A DNA stretch of 64,000 nt, from positions 1 through 64,000 of the IMG/VR virus record IMGVR_UViG_3300046694_000136, one strand, 5' to 3'. The number at the start of each line of letters is the position of its first letter. Positions within the stretch are counted from its first letter, which is position 1. The notes under the pieces are model-generated. The model had not been told where the DNA came from and did not search any database. It saw nothing but the letters and a program-made list of their open reading frames with translations. Of this stretch, positions 8,045-17,156 are shown in pieces. A program made the position numbers and the translations under genes.

Positions 8045-10873
8045 TTAACTGAAGATAGAAAAGACCCCAATAGGGGAACGTGGTTTGAGCGGAAAGGTGT
8101 ATTCTTCGTCCTGACTGATTTGATACATTTCAGTCCCGGCTACGTCACCGAAGATGTTGTGATCGTTCTCCTTGGTGAGGAGTGCATCCACTTGCTCTCT
8201 CGACCATTCCATGATGTTGATGCTTCGAGTGGTGATGTTGAGTTTATCTCCGGTATCCAAGTTCAGCAGTTTGAAGAAGCACGGCGAGTCTTGGCCGACC
8301 CGTACTGTACGAGCAACAATCTGTTTCATCTCATGTTCACGGAACGGAGAGTCAAGCAGAATGGTCAAGTTAGCCATGACCAACGGGTACCCTTCTTTGA
8401 GCGACTGAATCACTGCAACCAAAGGGTTAACACGAGGGTTATCCCGGAAGCGATCGATGTTAGCGTCTCGCTCTTTGGAGTTCTCTCCGTATACCGTGAT
8501 TGGGTCAAAGCCTTCCTTGATTAAGTACTCGTTACACATTGCCATCGATTCAACGTATGAAGTGAAGATCAATGTCTTCTTCTCCACACTATTGATCATC
8601 TCGGGAATACCGGCGTGAGCAATGAGATCTTTGATGGCGTTGATACGAGCACGACCCAAGACGTTACCGAGCGCTTCACCACGGAGTTTAAGGCCGAGGT
8701 ACTTCACAGCAGACTTCACGTTACGGAACTCTTTCAAAGCGTTGCCTTTCAGATCCGCTTCAATACGTTCTTCAACTTGCTTACAGAACATGCTGTCAGC
8801 AGAGTCAGTGAAGGTGCTATACCCAACAGTCCTGAACCGGTGCACGATCTCCTTATAACGCAAGAGATCTCCCATAGCGCGAGGGTCTTTACGGTTGGCT
8901 TGTTCGTACGACAGAATCACTTCGTTGTAGAACGCTAAGAACTCCGGCATGTGTCTGGTGTAGAAATCAATCCGCTCGCTGATATAGATCTGCATCTGCA
9001 AACGAATAGCGTCCAGCGTGTACTGATCGCCGTTAGGGATCTTCACGTTAACCAGTTCAACCGGCGGAGCGTCAGGTATTCCTACCAAGTCGCCAATGGT
9101 GAACTTACTTCGGCCAATACGCATAGCCAGCAGATCAGTCATTGCAGGACGGTTCTTACCGTACGACGCCAAGAAGGTATCACGAACTTTCCCTTTGAAG
9201 AAGCGGTCGATCAGACAGAGGACTGGATAGATCTCACTACCCATCGCTTTCAGCGGGGTGCCCGACATTGGCAAGTAGTGCCCGAAGCACTTGGTATCAG
9301 CCCAATCAATCAATCTCCTTGTTCGGGCAGCCTTCATCTCGTTGAAGTTGTGACACTCGTCGATGATGAGTTTACACTCTCCCTTATGCTTCTTGTTGAG
9401 CTCTATCAGGAACTTCTGAAGCTGAGCACCTGCACCGGACATCATGTAGTCATAATGCACGATGTAGTAGTCGTAACCTTCCGTAGGGAGAGTCCCTAGA
9501 AGACTCGTCCAGACCTTTGGAGCCTCTTTGTAGTGCAGAGGTAGTTCCGTTACCCAAACCTTGTTAACGATGTTCATAGGGCACAGGACGACCGTAGGTG
9601 CGTCGTTAAGCAGATGACTCCATGCAATCGACGTAAAGGTGTTGTGAGTAACGACGTAATCATCTACAACGTACAGACTGTCCTCACTGTCGATTGAGAT
9701 ACACAGGGTCTCTTCTGACTCACGTTGTTCATAGCTCACGATATCCAATCGCAGAGCTTTATTGTCAGGACCGTCCATATCCACGAAGTACTGCGCAAGC
9801 ACGTCTGAATCACGATGCTTGAAGCTAACCTCGTAACGGTTCCCGGTCTTAACCGGAGGATGGGCAATACCACCTGTGCTCCACATCAGTCGTCTGAAGT
9901 TCTCTGCGGCCACAGCGCAACCTGTGTAGAAATAGAGTCCCTCGTCATCAACCTTGAGCGATCCTTGCCAGATCATTTCCTTGATCAGGTCGAAACGGTT
10001 CTGGTATGAAAGTTCTAATACTGACTCATCAATACTTTGTCCACTCGTAAAGAGATCCTGTGCCAGTTGGACTATGTTTGAATATACAGAGCGGTGCGTA
10101 GCGCCATCAATCTTTGTAACCAGAGGGATGGAGTACTTGAAGTCGTCGAAGTGGTTGATGATGTCCTGAGTCGTAGTAACCTGAGGTCCCACAGCGTGAT
10201 CATCATGAGTCTCAACAACTTCCCACTGGTGATCTGGGTGAGAGTCAGCAGTCCGCCCATCGGCAAAGGTGAAGCGATAGACAGCAGTAACACCTTGCGG
10301 GTAGATTCCTACTATCGTTGCTATTCTACCGTTAGGAGTGATGACTTTCCCACCTTCCTTCAAATCCCCTAAACGGGTCCAGCCACCCGGTGTCTTCACT
10401 CGGGTACTAAGCGGCATGGCTTTACCGCTACCGGCCTTGGCATCCAACAGCAACCCATCCAAATGGTAACTGTAGGTAATGACTGGATACTGTTCGAGGA
10501 ATTCCAGTTGTTTAGGGAATGGGGTGGTCTTGAACGCCTTCAACCGTTTCATGTCGAATGGCTTGCCGGACATATTAATAGTGTCCTTAACCCAAGTGTT
10601 CAGCTCGATCTGTTCCTTGAGTTCGTTAAGCTTACGACGATTACTCCGGAGGTTCTTGATTTTCAAGAGTGCTATCAAGATATTCCGCAATTCCAGCAAG
10701 TAAAACTTCTGTAGTTTTACCGTGTCCCAAGTTTCTCGCTTTACCTGATGCTTTGTAATCAGAGAAGTGTTGTAGAACTTCTCAATGTCTTTGGCCAAAT
10801 CATAGTAGGACACCCCCATGATTTGAACCATCTCCCCTAGATCTTTAATGCTGACAGAAAACAAATTAAACAT
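8045..10873 (-). CDS. SF2 (SNF2-like) helicase with an intein
   Basis: Walker A AGSGK|T split by the intein; DECH; SGTP; motif VI QIVARTVRVGQ. Confidence 0.9.
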   Translation of the reverse strand: MFNLFSVSIKDLGEMVQIMGVSYYDLAKDIEKFYNTSLITKHQVKRETWDTVKLQKFYLLELRNILIALLKIKNLRSNRRKLNELKEQIELNTWVKDTINMSGKPFDMKRLKAFKTTPFPKQLEFLEQYPVITYSYHLDGLLLDAKAGSGKAMPLSTRVKTPGGWTRLGDLKEGGKVITPNGRIATIVGIYPQGVTAVYRFTFADGRTADSHPDHQWEVVETHDDHAVGPQVTTTQDIINHFDDFKYSIPLVTKIDGATHRSVYSNIVQLAQDLFTSGQSIDESVLELSYQNRFDLIKEMIWQGSLKVDDEGLYFYTGCAVAAENFRRLMWSTGGIAHPPVKTGNRYEVSFKHRDSDVLAQYFVDMDGPDNKALRLDIVSYEQRESEETLCISIDSEDSLYVVDDYVVTHNTFTSIAWSHLLNDAPTVVLCPMNIVNKVWVTELPLHYKEAPKVWTSLLGTLPTEGYDYYIVHYDYMMSGAGAQLQKFLIELNKKHKGECKLIIDECHNFNEMKAARTRRLIDWADTKCFGHYLPMSGTPLKAMGSEIYPVLCLIDRFFKGKVRDTFLASYGKNRPAMTDLLAMRIGRSKFTIGDLVGIPDAPPVELVNVKIPNGDQYTLDAIRLQMQIYISERIDFYTRHMPEFLAFYNEVILSYEQANRKDPRAMGDLLRYKEIVHRFRTVGYSTFTDSADSMFCKQVEERIEADLKGNALKEFRNVKSAVKYLGLKLRGEALGNVLGRARINAIKDLIAHAGIPEMINSVEKKTLIFTSYVESMAMCNEYLIKEGFDPITVYGENSKERDANIDRFRDNPRVNPLVAVIQSLKEGYPLVMANLTILLDSPFREHEMKQIVARTVRVGQDSPCFFKLLNLDTGDKLNITTRSINIMEWSREQVDALLTKENDHNIFGDVAGTEMYQISQDEEYTFPLKPRSPIGVFSIFS
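9641..10420 (-). mobile_element. class 3 intein (260 aa) in the helicase, with a truncated LAGLIDADG remnant
   Basis: Starts AMPLSTRVKTPGGW; block B DHQW; block F TLCISID; ends VVTHN followed by +1 Thr. Confidence 0.92.
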
Positions 10874-10899
10874 AACAGAAATCCCTTTAAGGAATAAAG

Positions 10900-12054
10900 A
10901 TGGAACTGATTAACCGAGATACCGCTGCTCACCTGAACCTGATGTTGATCCACGATCTGATCTGGGAGAAAGAAGAAGACGTTAAAATGCCCCAGATCTA
11001 CGTGTACTACAGTTGGTCCGATAAGGAGAACTGTGAGGTCGCTTGGGTGCGTTATGAGCGAGAAGACGGTCGTTCCACAAGCTTCAAGTTGAACAAGAAG
11101 CTGACCAATACGCTGGTGAAGTCTCCTATCGTTTGTATGGATATTCGTATCCGCCAAGAGCTGCAAGCGATGGAGTTGGCAAAGCACGAATTCCCCAAAG
11201 GATGGCTGACCGCTAACACCCCTCACCCTTTCGACGACTGCCGTCAGGAAGACCTGTGGAGCCTCGATCGTAATGCGTACGAGATCAACGTAAAGGTCGG
11301 TAAAGTTGTTAAGGAGATCCTGACTACCAGCCACCGTCTGCTTTCATTGACCACTGACCGGGTCTACGATCTGTACATGTCGTTGAACGTGGACTCACTG
11401 GATCTGACTCGCTTCAAGCTGCGTTTCGATCGCATCTATCCGAAACTGCCGGATCTGACCAACGAGAACGATGAGCTGGCTCCGATCATCATCGGTATTG
11501 GCGAAGACTTCGGTCTGGAACCAAACGACAACACTACTTATAACCAAGTGGTGGCTGAGCTCAAGCGTCATGAGCAAAACATCAATTCGATGATCCAGAA
11601 GCACCTCAAGAAGTCTCGCTTGAAAGGCGAACCGCTGGAGATGCTCAAGAAAGAGATCACCTCGATCTTGATGGCGACCAGTCACTACACCGGTAAGGTC
11701 TTCGGTTACGACGGGGTTCATGGCGCAGAGTTGTTGAACAAAGTGGCTAACGAGACTCTGGACACTCTGCACAAGTATCGTGATGGCGGTAAGCGTGATC
11801 TGCGTATGGACATCAGCAGCTGGTTCGTCTGGGAATATCCAGTAGACGGTGGTCAACCTCTTCGTGCGCCGGAACCTGAGCTGGACTTCCGTACGTTGAT
11901 CGTTGAAGGCTATACCGATACCTTCGTCGACCTGCTGGCTCCGATCCTGATGGACTCCGGTCACACTGACGTAATCAGTCCTTACAAGTTCCACGTTAAG
12001 GCTGACCTGTCTGACGGTCGTGCGATTGGTTCCATGACTCGTGTAACGAAGTAA
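10900..12054 (+). CDS. hypothetical protein (384 aa)
   Basis: AAGGA SD; strong codon bias. Confidence 0.85.
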   Translation: MELINRDTAAHLNLMLIHDLIWEKEEDVKMPQIYVYYSWSDKENCEVAWVRYEREDGRSTSFKLNKKLTNTLVKSPIVCMDIRIRQELQAMELAKHEFPKGWLTANTPHPFDDCRQEDLWSLDRNAYEINVKVGKVVKEILTTSHRLLSLTTDRVYDLYMSLNVDSLDLTRFKLRFDRIYPKLPDLTNENDELAPIIIGIGEDFGLEPNDNTTYNQVVAELKRHEQNINSMIQKHLKKSRLKGEPLEMLKKEITSILMATSHYTGKVFGYDGVHGAELLNKVANETLDTLHKYRDGGKRDLRMDISSWFVWEYPVDGGQPLRAPEPELDFRTLIVEGYTDTFVDLLAPILMDSGHTDVISPYKFHVKADLSDGRAIGSMTRVTK

Positions 12055-12065
12055 TAGCGTTAATA

Positions 12066-12097
12066 CTACCTCTGAGAGCCTAGGCTCTCAGAGGTAG
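12066..12097. terminator. perfect 32-bp palindrome at a convergent junction
   Basis: CTACCTCTGAGAGCCTAGGCTCTCAGAGGTAG equals its own reverse complement. Confidence 0.8.
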
Positions 12098-12111
12098 GTC
12101 TATGCATGCAA

Positions 12112-12747
12112 TTAAGGTACTGCGCCCAATCGGAGTTCCAAATCTTTAACGTAAGCCTGTAGATCCGCAACCTGCTTTTCCAACGCCACGTTCTTAGCCA
12201 AGTCACTGGTGTTATCAGTGATACGGTTCTTACGGGCAGTCTCCATGGTTTCATGTTCAAACTGAGAGACGTAACCGATAACCGGAACAGTACCCAGCTT
12301 CACTGTACTGGTGATACCGTAGTGCATCTTGATCCAGTCTTGGAAGTGAGTCATCGCCTCATCCAAAGCAGGTTTCATATCACTGGACAGCGCACCCAGA
12401 TCAGCTACCAACACCATGCGCTCATAGAGGAACCCATCAACTAGTGGGAAGCTCTTCAGATAGGTGCTAGGTACATATATAGGTACACCTTTCCGAGGAA
12501 TGAGACTGATGATCACCCCACCAGCATTCACGATCTGATCGATCATGGTCAGGTAGGTAGCTTGATCTACTGCCACCGGCGCAAAGACTTGCTGGAAGAT
12601 GTTTACACCCAACCCCTGCATCTCACCCACTGTCCGCATTGCTTCGACAGTATAGGAGGCCATGGGATTGATCACTCGATCAAACGGCGCTAGTGCTTCG
12701 AACCGTCCCGTTACCTTGAGGGAGGGGATGATGGTATTCTCAGCCAT
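12112..12747 (-). CDS. putative virion structural protein (211 aa)
   Basis: Co-oriented with 12752..14095 in the core region; function assigned by context only. Confidence 0.6.
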   Translation of the reverse strand: MAENTIIPSLKVTGRFEALAPFDRVINPMASYTVEAMRTVGEMQGLGVNIFQQVFAPVAVDQATYLTMIDQIVNAGGVIISLIPRKGVPIYVPSTYLKSFPLVDGFLYERMVLVADLGALSSDMKPALDEAMTHFQDWIKMHYGITSTVKLGTVPVIGYVSQFEHETMETARKNRITDNTSDLAKNVALEKQVADLQAYVKDLELRLGAVP

Positions 12748-12751
12748 AGGG

Positions 12752-14095
12752 TTACTCCGCTACGATTCCGTCTTGAATCAATTGGTATTTGGTGAAGGCC
12801 ACGTACTTGACCCGGTTGATACGTTTGGTTACACACAGTTTACCCAAACGCTCGACACGTTGAACACCCGGCGGGAGCAGCGAGATAGGAGTTACGATCT
12901 CAGCAGCAGCCATCAGTTCGTCCATGCCGTATGCAAAGTCCATGGACTCCTGAGACATGGTTCCGAACTCAGGTTCTTTGGACGCGATCAACTGGTAATC
13001 TTTGACGATAGCGTAGATCTTCTTCATCCCGTCCCGGTTGTTAACCTTAGCAACAAACAATGCTTGCAAAGATTTGTACATCAGCGGAACGGTCTGGGCG
13101 GATTTTATGAGATGGTCCGCTGGCATAGTAGGACCAAGGTACGCAGTTGCAATGTCCATCATGGTTTCACGATCGACAATTGGCGAGTACGTACTGGATC
13201 CATTGGTACGGTTCACGACACCAATACGGCCAAACTCTGGGAGGACGTAGAACTCCAACGGGTTGAAGAGATCTGGGATCTTTTCTTCCCAACGAGAGAG
13301 AGGGTATTGACTATCCTTCAGAATCTCGTTACGGATCTGTTCAAACAACTGGTCTTCTGCGTCTTCACCATTACCCCAGTGCCAGATAACCCAAGTACCA
13401 ACGTTGAACTTGCCCAGGTTGATCAAATCCATGATCTGGAATTCGATAGGGTTACGCTCGGTACCCGGCCACTCATAACCATTCGTTGCAAGCGATTCCC
13501 GCTTAGCCACGACCACAGGCGTTTCCAAAGCCAACCGCGTTGCGATGTCCTGGTAGTTGGCATTCATCAACCAATCCATTTCCCCCAGAGGAAGCGGATG
13601 AATGACGGTAAACTTAACATTTGGGTATTGCAGACGAAAATAAGCGTCAGCCATCCACATGTAGAACGGTTGTTGTTCCGATCCAACAATATGGTACCCT
13701 TTAACAAAGCTCGGTAACCAGATGGCGTTGTTAGTTGCCATCTCACCAATATCTTCAATGACGATGTTGGTGGTGAACTGGGTCTTAAGGATTTGCAGAC
13801 AGTTGGGACGACTGGAAGTTACATTACCAGCCAACGCTTGCGCATAGAGCCAGTTGGCGATACCAATTTGTACCTCAGCAATTTCCTGAGGCATCTTGAT
13901 GTCTTCGCCGTCTTGTGTCGACAAGAAGTTGACAAGGGAAGCAGCACTTGCTACGTTAACAGCCAGAGAGAACTTCCCTGGGTCTTTAGCGTAACTTAGT
14001 GCTTTGCCGCTCAGCTCACCAATGGCTGAAACGGTATTTGCTGTGTTGTTGTACAGTTTGGTGATAGTAGCAAACGACAGATAGGACGTGCTCAT
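12752..14095 (-). CDS. putative virion structural protein (447 aa)
   Basis: Long ORF in the conserved core region; function assigned by context only. Confidence 0.6.
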   Translation of the reverse strand: MSTSYLSFATITKLYNNTANTVSAIGELSGKALSYAKDPGKFSLAVNVASAASLVNFLSTQDGEDIKMPQEIAEVQIGIANWLYAQALAGNVTSSRPNCLQILKTQFTTNIVIEDIGEMATNNAIWLPSFVKGYHIVGSEQQPFYMWMADAYFRLQYPNVKFTVIHPLPLGEMDWLMNANYQDIATRLALETPVVVAKRESLATNGYEWPGTERNPIEFQIMDLINLGKFNVGTWVIWHWGNGEDAEDQLFEQIRNEILKDSQYPLSRWEEKIPDLFNPLEFYVLPEFGRIGVVNRTNGSSTYSPIVDRETMMDIATAYLGPTMPADHLIKSAQTVPLMYKSLQALFVAKVNNRDGMKKIYAIVKDYQLIASKEPEFGTMSQESMDFAYGMDELMAAAEIVTPISLLPPGVQRVERLGKLCVTKRINRVKYVAFTKYQLIQDGIVAE

Positions 14096-14133
14096 ATTAA
14101 AAAACTCTCACCGTGAAGTAAGGAAAAAGACCA

Positions 14134-14583
14134 ATGACGCTCGGTATAGCGAAGGAGATGGCCGACAGACTCATAGAATTCATAATAAAAATGTTTCAGG
14201 GAGAGTCTGTTGAAGATCAGTTAACGAAAGCAATTAAAGGCATTGGCCTAGTCTTGGCAGTGTCGTTATTTGTTAACTTTTCAATGTTCTTGGCTAACCT
14301 CAATCTGCGGATGGAACTGGACGCAACGCAGGGAAGCCTTGCTAAGGTTGGCGTGCTATTCGACGGAGGGGAAAGTTCTGCACTCAGTTCGTTCGTTCGG
14401 GTTAATAACCAGACGGGGAGTCAGATAGCACTTATACAAGAACAGAACAATTGGCTAGGGCGCTATGCAATTTCGTTGACGGTAGAGAACCTGTATCTCA
14501 AACGCTCTATTGTGGTTTTGGCAGCCACTAACCGTCGGATCATAACGAATAACAACATGCTTTTACAGATGTGTCAGCCTTAA
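14134..14583 (+). CDS. single-pass membrane protein with a coiled-coil C-terminal part
   Basis: Hydrophobic GIGLVLAVSLFVNFSMFLANL; AAGGA SD. Confidence 0.7.
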   Translation: MTLGIAKEMADRLIEFIIKMFQGESVEDQLTKAIKGIGLVLAVSLFVNFSMFLANLNLRMELDATQGSLAKVGVLFDGGESSALSSFVRVNNQTGSQIALIQEQNNWLGRYAISLTVENLYLKRSIVVLAATNRRIITNNNMLLQMCQP

Positions 14584-14641
14584 CATTTATCTACTGGGAG
14601 GTGCATTGTAGGAATGCACCAACCTTAGAAGAGACCTTCAA

Positions 14642-16144
14642 ATGGAAGAGATTGTACCGACCATTAACTTGGTCATGTATTTCATGTTGGACTCGATCAA
14701 ACAGAAGTCCATCCACCATTTCTTCGGGGCTCACGGTTATACGTACGATGTAACCGAGACGGGGAAGAAAAAACTGGTTAAAGATGTCCCGACGTCTTCG
14801 GGGTATTACACCAACAACGTACAGAAAGCTAATACGGTGGTGGTGGTCAAGGATATCGTCTCTCTAGAGATCACTGACAAACGCACTAAAACAGAAGCGC
14901 TATTGCAAGGTTTCTTAACGACTCTGGATCTGTTCAAGACACGTCCAGAGATGAAGAACCTGTGTGTCATCACGGTTCAGAAAGAATTGGGAACGATCGG
15001 TCGTTATAAAGAAACCGATCTGAAGAACAAAGAAGACTTGAAGTTTGGCGGTGAGGTCGTTAGCAATAAAGAACGTGAGTTGCTGACTGATATCTTCCAC
15101 ACGTTGGAATGGTTCAAGGATACCGGCAGATCGGTTGTCTTTGACTTCACTGGTATGGCTGAAGGCGGTGCAGGTGTTCGTGAGTGTCAGAAACGTCTGG
15201 ACTTGGCTCAGGTTATTACAGTTTGGGACTTCGAGTCGAAGGATGAGTTGGTTATCGTCCCTCGTAAGGAGTACGAAGACCCTGAGGTGCACTTTAACAA
15301 GTTGGTCGATGCTACCCGTTGGTATTGCAGCAGCGGTGAAGGTAGCACGTTCTACGAGCTCCACGAAGGTTACCGCGTTTATGATTTCGGCAAGGTAGAA
15401 CCGGACAAGAACTACTACGGTAAGTTGACTCCGGACGTTACCTTCGCCAAGTTGTTCACCAAGAAGCCGTTGGAGCTGCTGGACAAGCTGTACGAGTTCT
15501 GTAACAAACGTATCGAGAACAAAGACGGTTATCTGCTGGCTGGTGATCTTAACAACATCGTCAGTAAAGACTTGGCTCGTTTGATCGATCAAGTTCCCGG
15601 CGTTCCTAACAAGAAAGGCAAAGTCTTCAGCCCGTTCACTAAGCAGAAGAGTAAACCTTTGTTGATGGAGCTGATCAGTCCAGTTCTGATGTCGTATCGT
15701 GTCAAAGATTATCTGGGTGCCCTGAACATCATCTTCGAAGCTTTCATGAAGAAGGATGAAGAAGGTAAGTCCGGTTACTCGACGTTCTACGACATTACCG
15801 ACATGATCTACGTTAAAGAAGTCAACGGTAAGGGTATTACCAAGCTCAAACTGAACCCTGACTTCAATCAGGATCGTAAGACACTGGTGGTGAAGATTCA
15901 TCATCCGTCGGCCAAGAAGCCTGTACCTATCAACCTGTCGGTTGGTTATGATCTTCCTGATCGTAACTCGTTTAACAGCGTGGAGGATCCCAACGTTAAA
16001 GTGTGGTGCGTTACTGACACCCGGAACGAGAAAGGCCTGCGTTACTCGACTGTTGTTGAGACGGAGGAATTCATCTACGTTCACACTTCAGCGGTGGCGA
16101 ACTTGCGAGTACTGACGTTGAACGAATTAGGTAAAGACGCGTAA
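14642..16144 (+). CDS. RNase H-fold protein (phiKZ gp155-like)
   Basis: 500 aa; N-terminal GAHGYTY and TEALLQGF pattern recalls jumbo-phage RNase H-like proteins; the catalytic acids are not all evident. Confidence 0.45.
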   Translation: MEEIVPTINLVMYFMLDSIKQKSIHHFFGAHGYTYDVTETGKKKLVKDVPTSSGYYTNNVQKANTVVVVKDIVSLEITDKRTKTEALLQGFLTTLDLFKTRPEMKNLCVITVQKELGTIGRYKETDLKNKEDLKFGGEVVSNKERELLTDIFHTLEWFKDTGRSVVFDFTGMAEGGAGVRECQKRLDLAQVITVWDFESKDELVIVPRKEYEDPEVHFNKLVDATRWYCSSGEGSTFYELHEGYRVYDFGKVEPDKNYYGKLTPDVTFAKLFTKKPLELLDKLYEFCNKRIENKDGYLLAGDLNNIVSKDLARLIDQVPGVPNKKGKVFSPFTKQKSKPLLMELISPVLMSYRVKDYLGALNIIFEAFMKKDEEGKSGYSTFYDITDMIYVKEVNGKGITKLKLNPDFNQDRKTLVVKIHHPSAKKPVPINLSVGYDLPDRNSFNSVEDPNVKVWCVTDTRNEKGLRYSTVVETEEFIYVHTSAVANLRVLTLNELGKDA

Positions 16145-16156
16145 ACACGCTATAGC

Positions 16157-16184
16157 CCCTACCGGCCCCACAAGGCCGGTAGGG
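16157..16184. terminator. hairpin at a convergent junction
   Basis: 11-bp stem CCCTACCGGCC/GGCCGGTAGGG. Confidence 0.8.
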
Positions 16185-16197
16185 TGCTTGATGCGCT

Positions 16198-17067
16198 TTA
16201 GCCTTTCAGTGCTACCACTTCTTTGATCTGCTCACGGAAAACAGCGCTCAGCTCGTTAAGGAGGGTCATCATAGCGCCACTGATGTCTACCAGACGAACA
16301 AAGTTGTTAATAGTGAGTTCCAGGTCAGTCAACACACTACGCTCGAAGGTCAGCTGGTTAGACTTGATCTTCTCGATCAGCAGTTCGCCCAAGTGATACG
16401 TCTTGGTCAGTTCACTGGCCACGATCTCGATGTCACGAGCGCTGAGGGTCTTGAGGGACGTGTTGTACGTGTCCATCACTTCCATCATCTCGTTGAAGTT
16501 GACGTACACCTCGGACAGCGGAACCTTGTTACGACGTTGTTCATCCGGCAACGACTTGACGAACGTGTCGGCATTAAGGATGGATTCGTCGAGGTTGTTG
16601 ATGGTCCACTTGAAACGCTTGTCGCTACGACCGGTCTTGATCATCTGCTTCAAGAAGTCGTAAAGACGAGTGGTTTCAGTACGCAGAGAGCCCAGCAGGT
16701 AAACCCCCTCAACTGCACCTTTAACGTGGGCCATCATATTGGCGATGCCCGGGGTGTAGTTGGTAGGGACCGTGATAGGGACGGCGCTGTGACGCACGAA
16801 GCTGATTTCTTTTCGTGCAACCATATTACGCAATTTATTGTTGTCTACCACGTGGACAGGACGGGAGAAGAGAGCAACCTTCTTGTCAACCATGGTACCG
16901 AATTCGGAAAAGAACAGGCCGATGCCCTCACCCAAACTCAAGGATTCAATCCCTGCGATCTCCAGGGGTTCGTAGTTCTTGACCGCATCAATGAACTTAA
17001 GCTCTTCCAGTTCTTTCTGGAAGACAGTGTACTGACTCTCGAAACTGGTGTCGTCAATATTTTCCAT
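16198..17067 (-). CDS. putative virion/head protein with a propeptide
   Basis: Acidic N-terminus then an IAGIES site; start placed at ATG 17067. Confidence 0.6.
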   Translation of the reverse strand: MENIDDTSFESQYTVFQKELEELKFIDAVKNYEPLEIAGIESLSLGEGIGLFFSEFGTMVDKKVALFSRPVHVVDNNKLRNMVARKEISFVRHSAVPITVPTNYTPGIANMMAHVKGAVEGVYLLGSLRTETTRLYDFLKQMIKTGRSDKRFKWTINNLDESILNADTFVKSLPDEQRRNKVPLSEVYVNFNEMMEVMDTYNTSLKTLSARDIEIVASELTKTYHLGELLIEKIKSNQLTFERSVLTDLELTINNFVRLVDISGAMMTLLNELSAVFREQIKEVVALKG

Positions 17068-17156
17068 AACTGTAGCTCTTATCAGTATAGTTGGGGAAGT
17101 GTGATTTAGAGTATCCACCTCATTAATTTCATAAAATGACCGGGATTTATTAGAAC

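Noticed and set aside
14600-14620. 8-bp hairpin GGTGCATT/AATGCACC before the RNase H-like gene
   Set aside because: Short, no U tract and no related copies; not enough support to assign a role.
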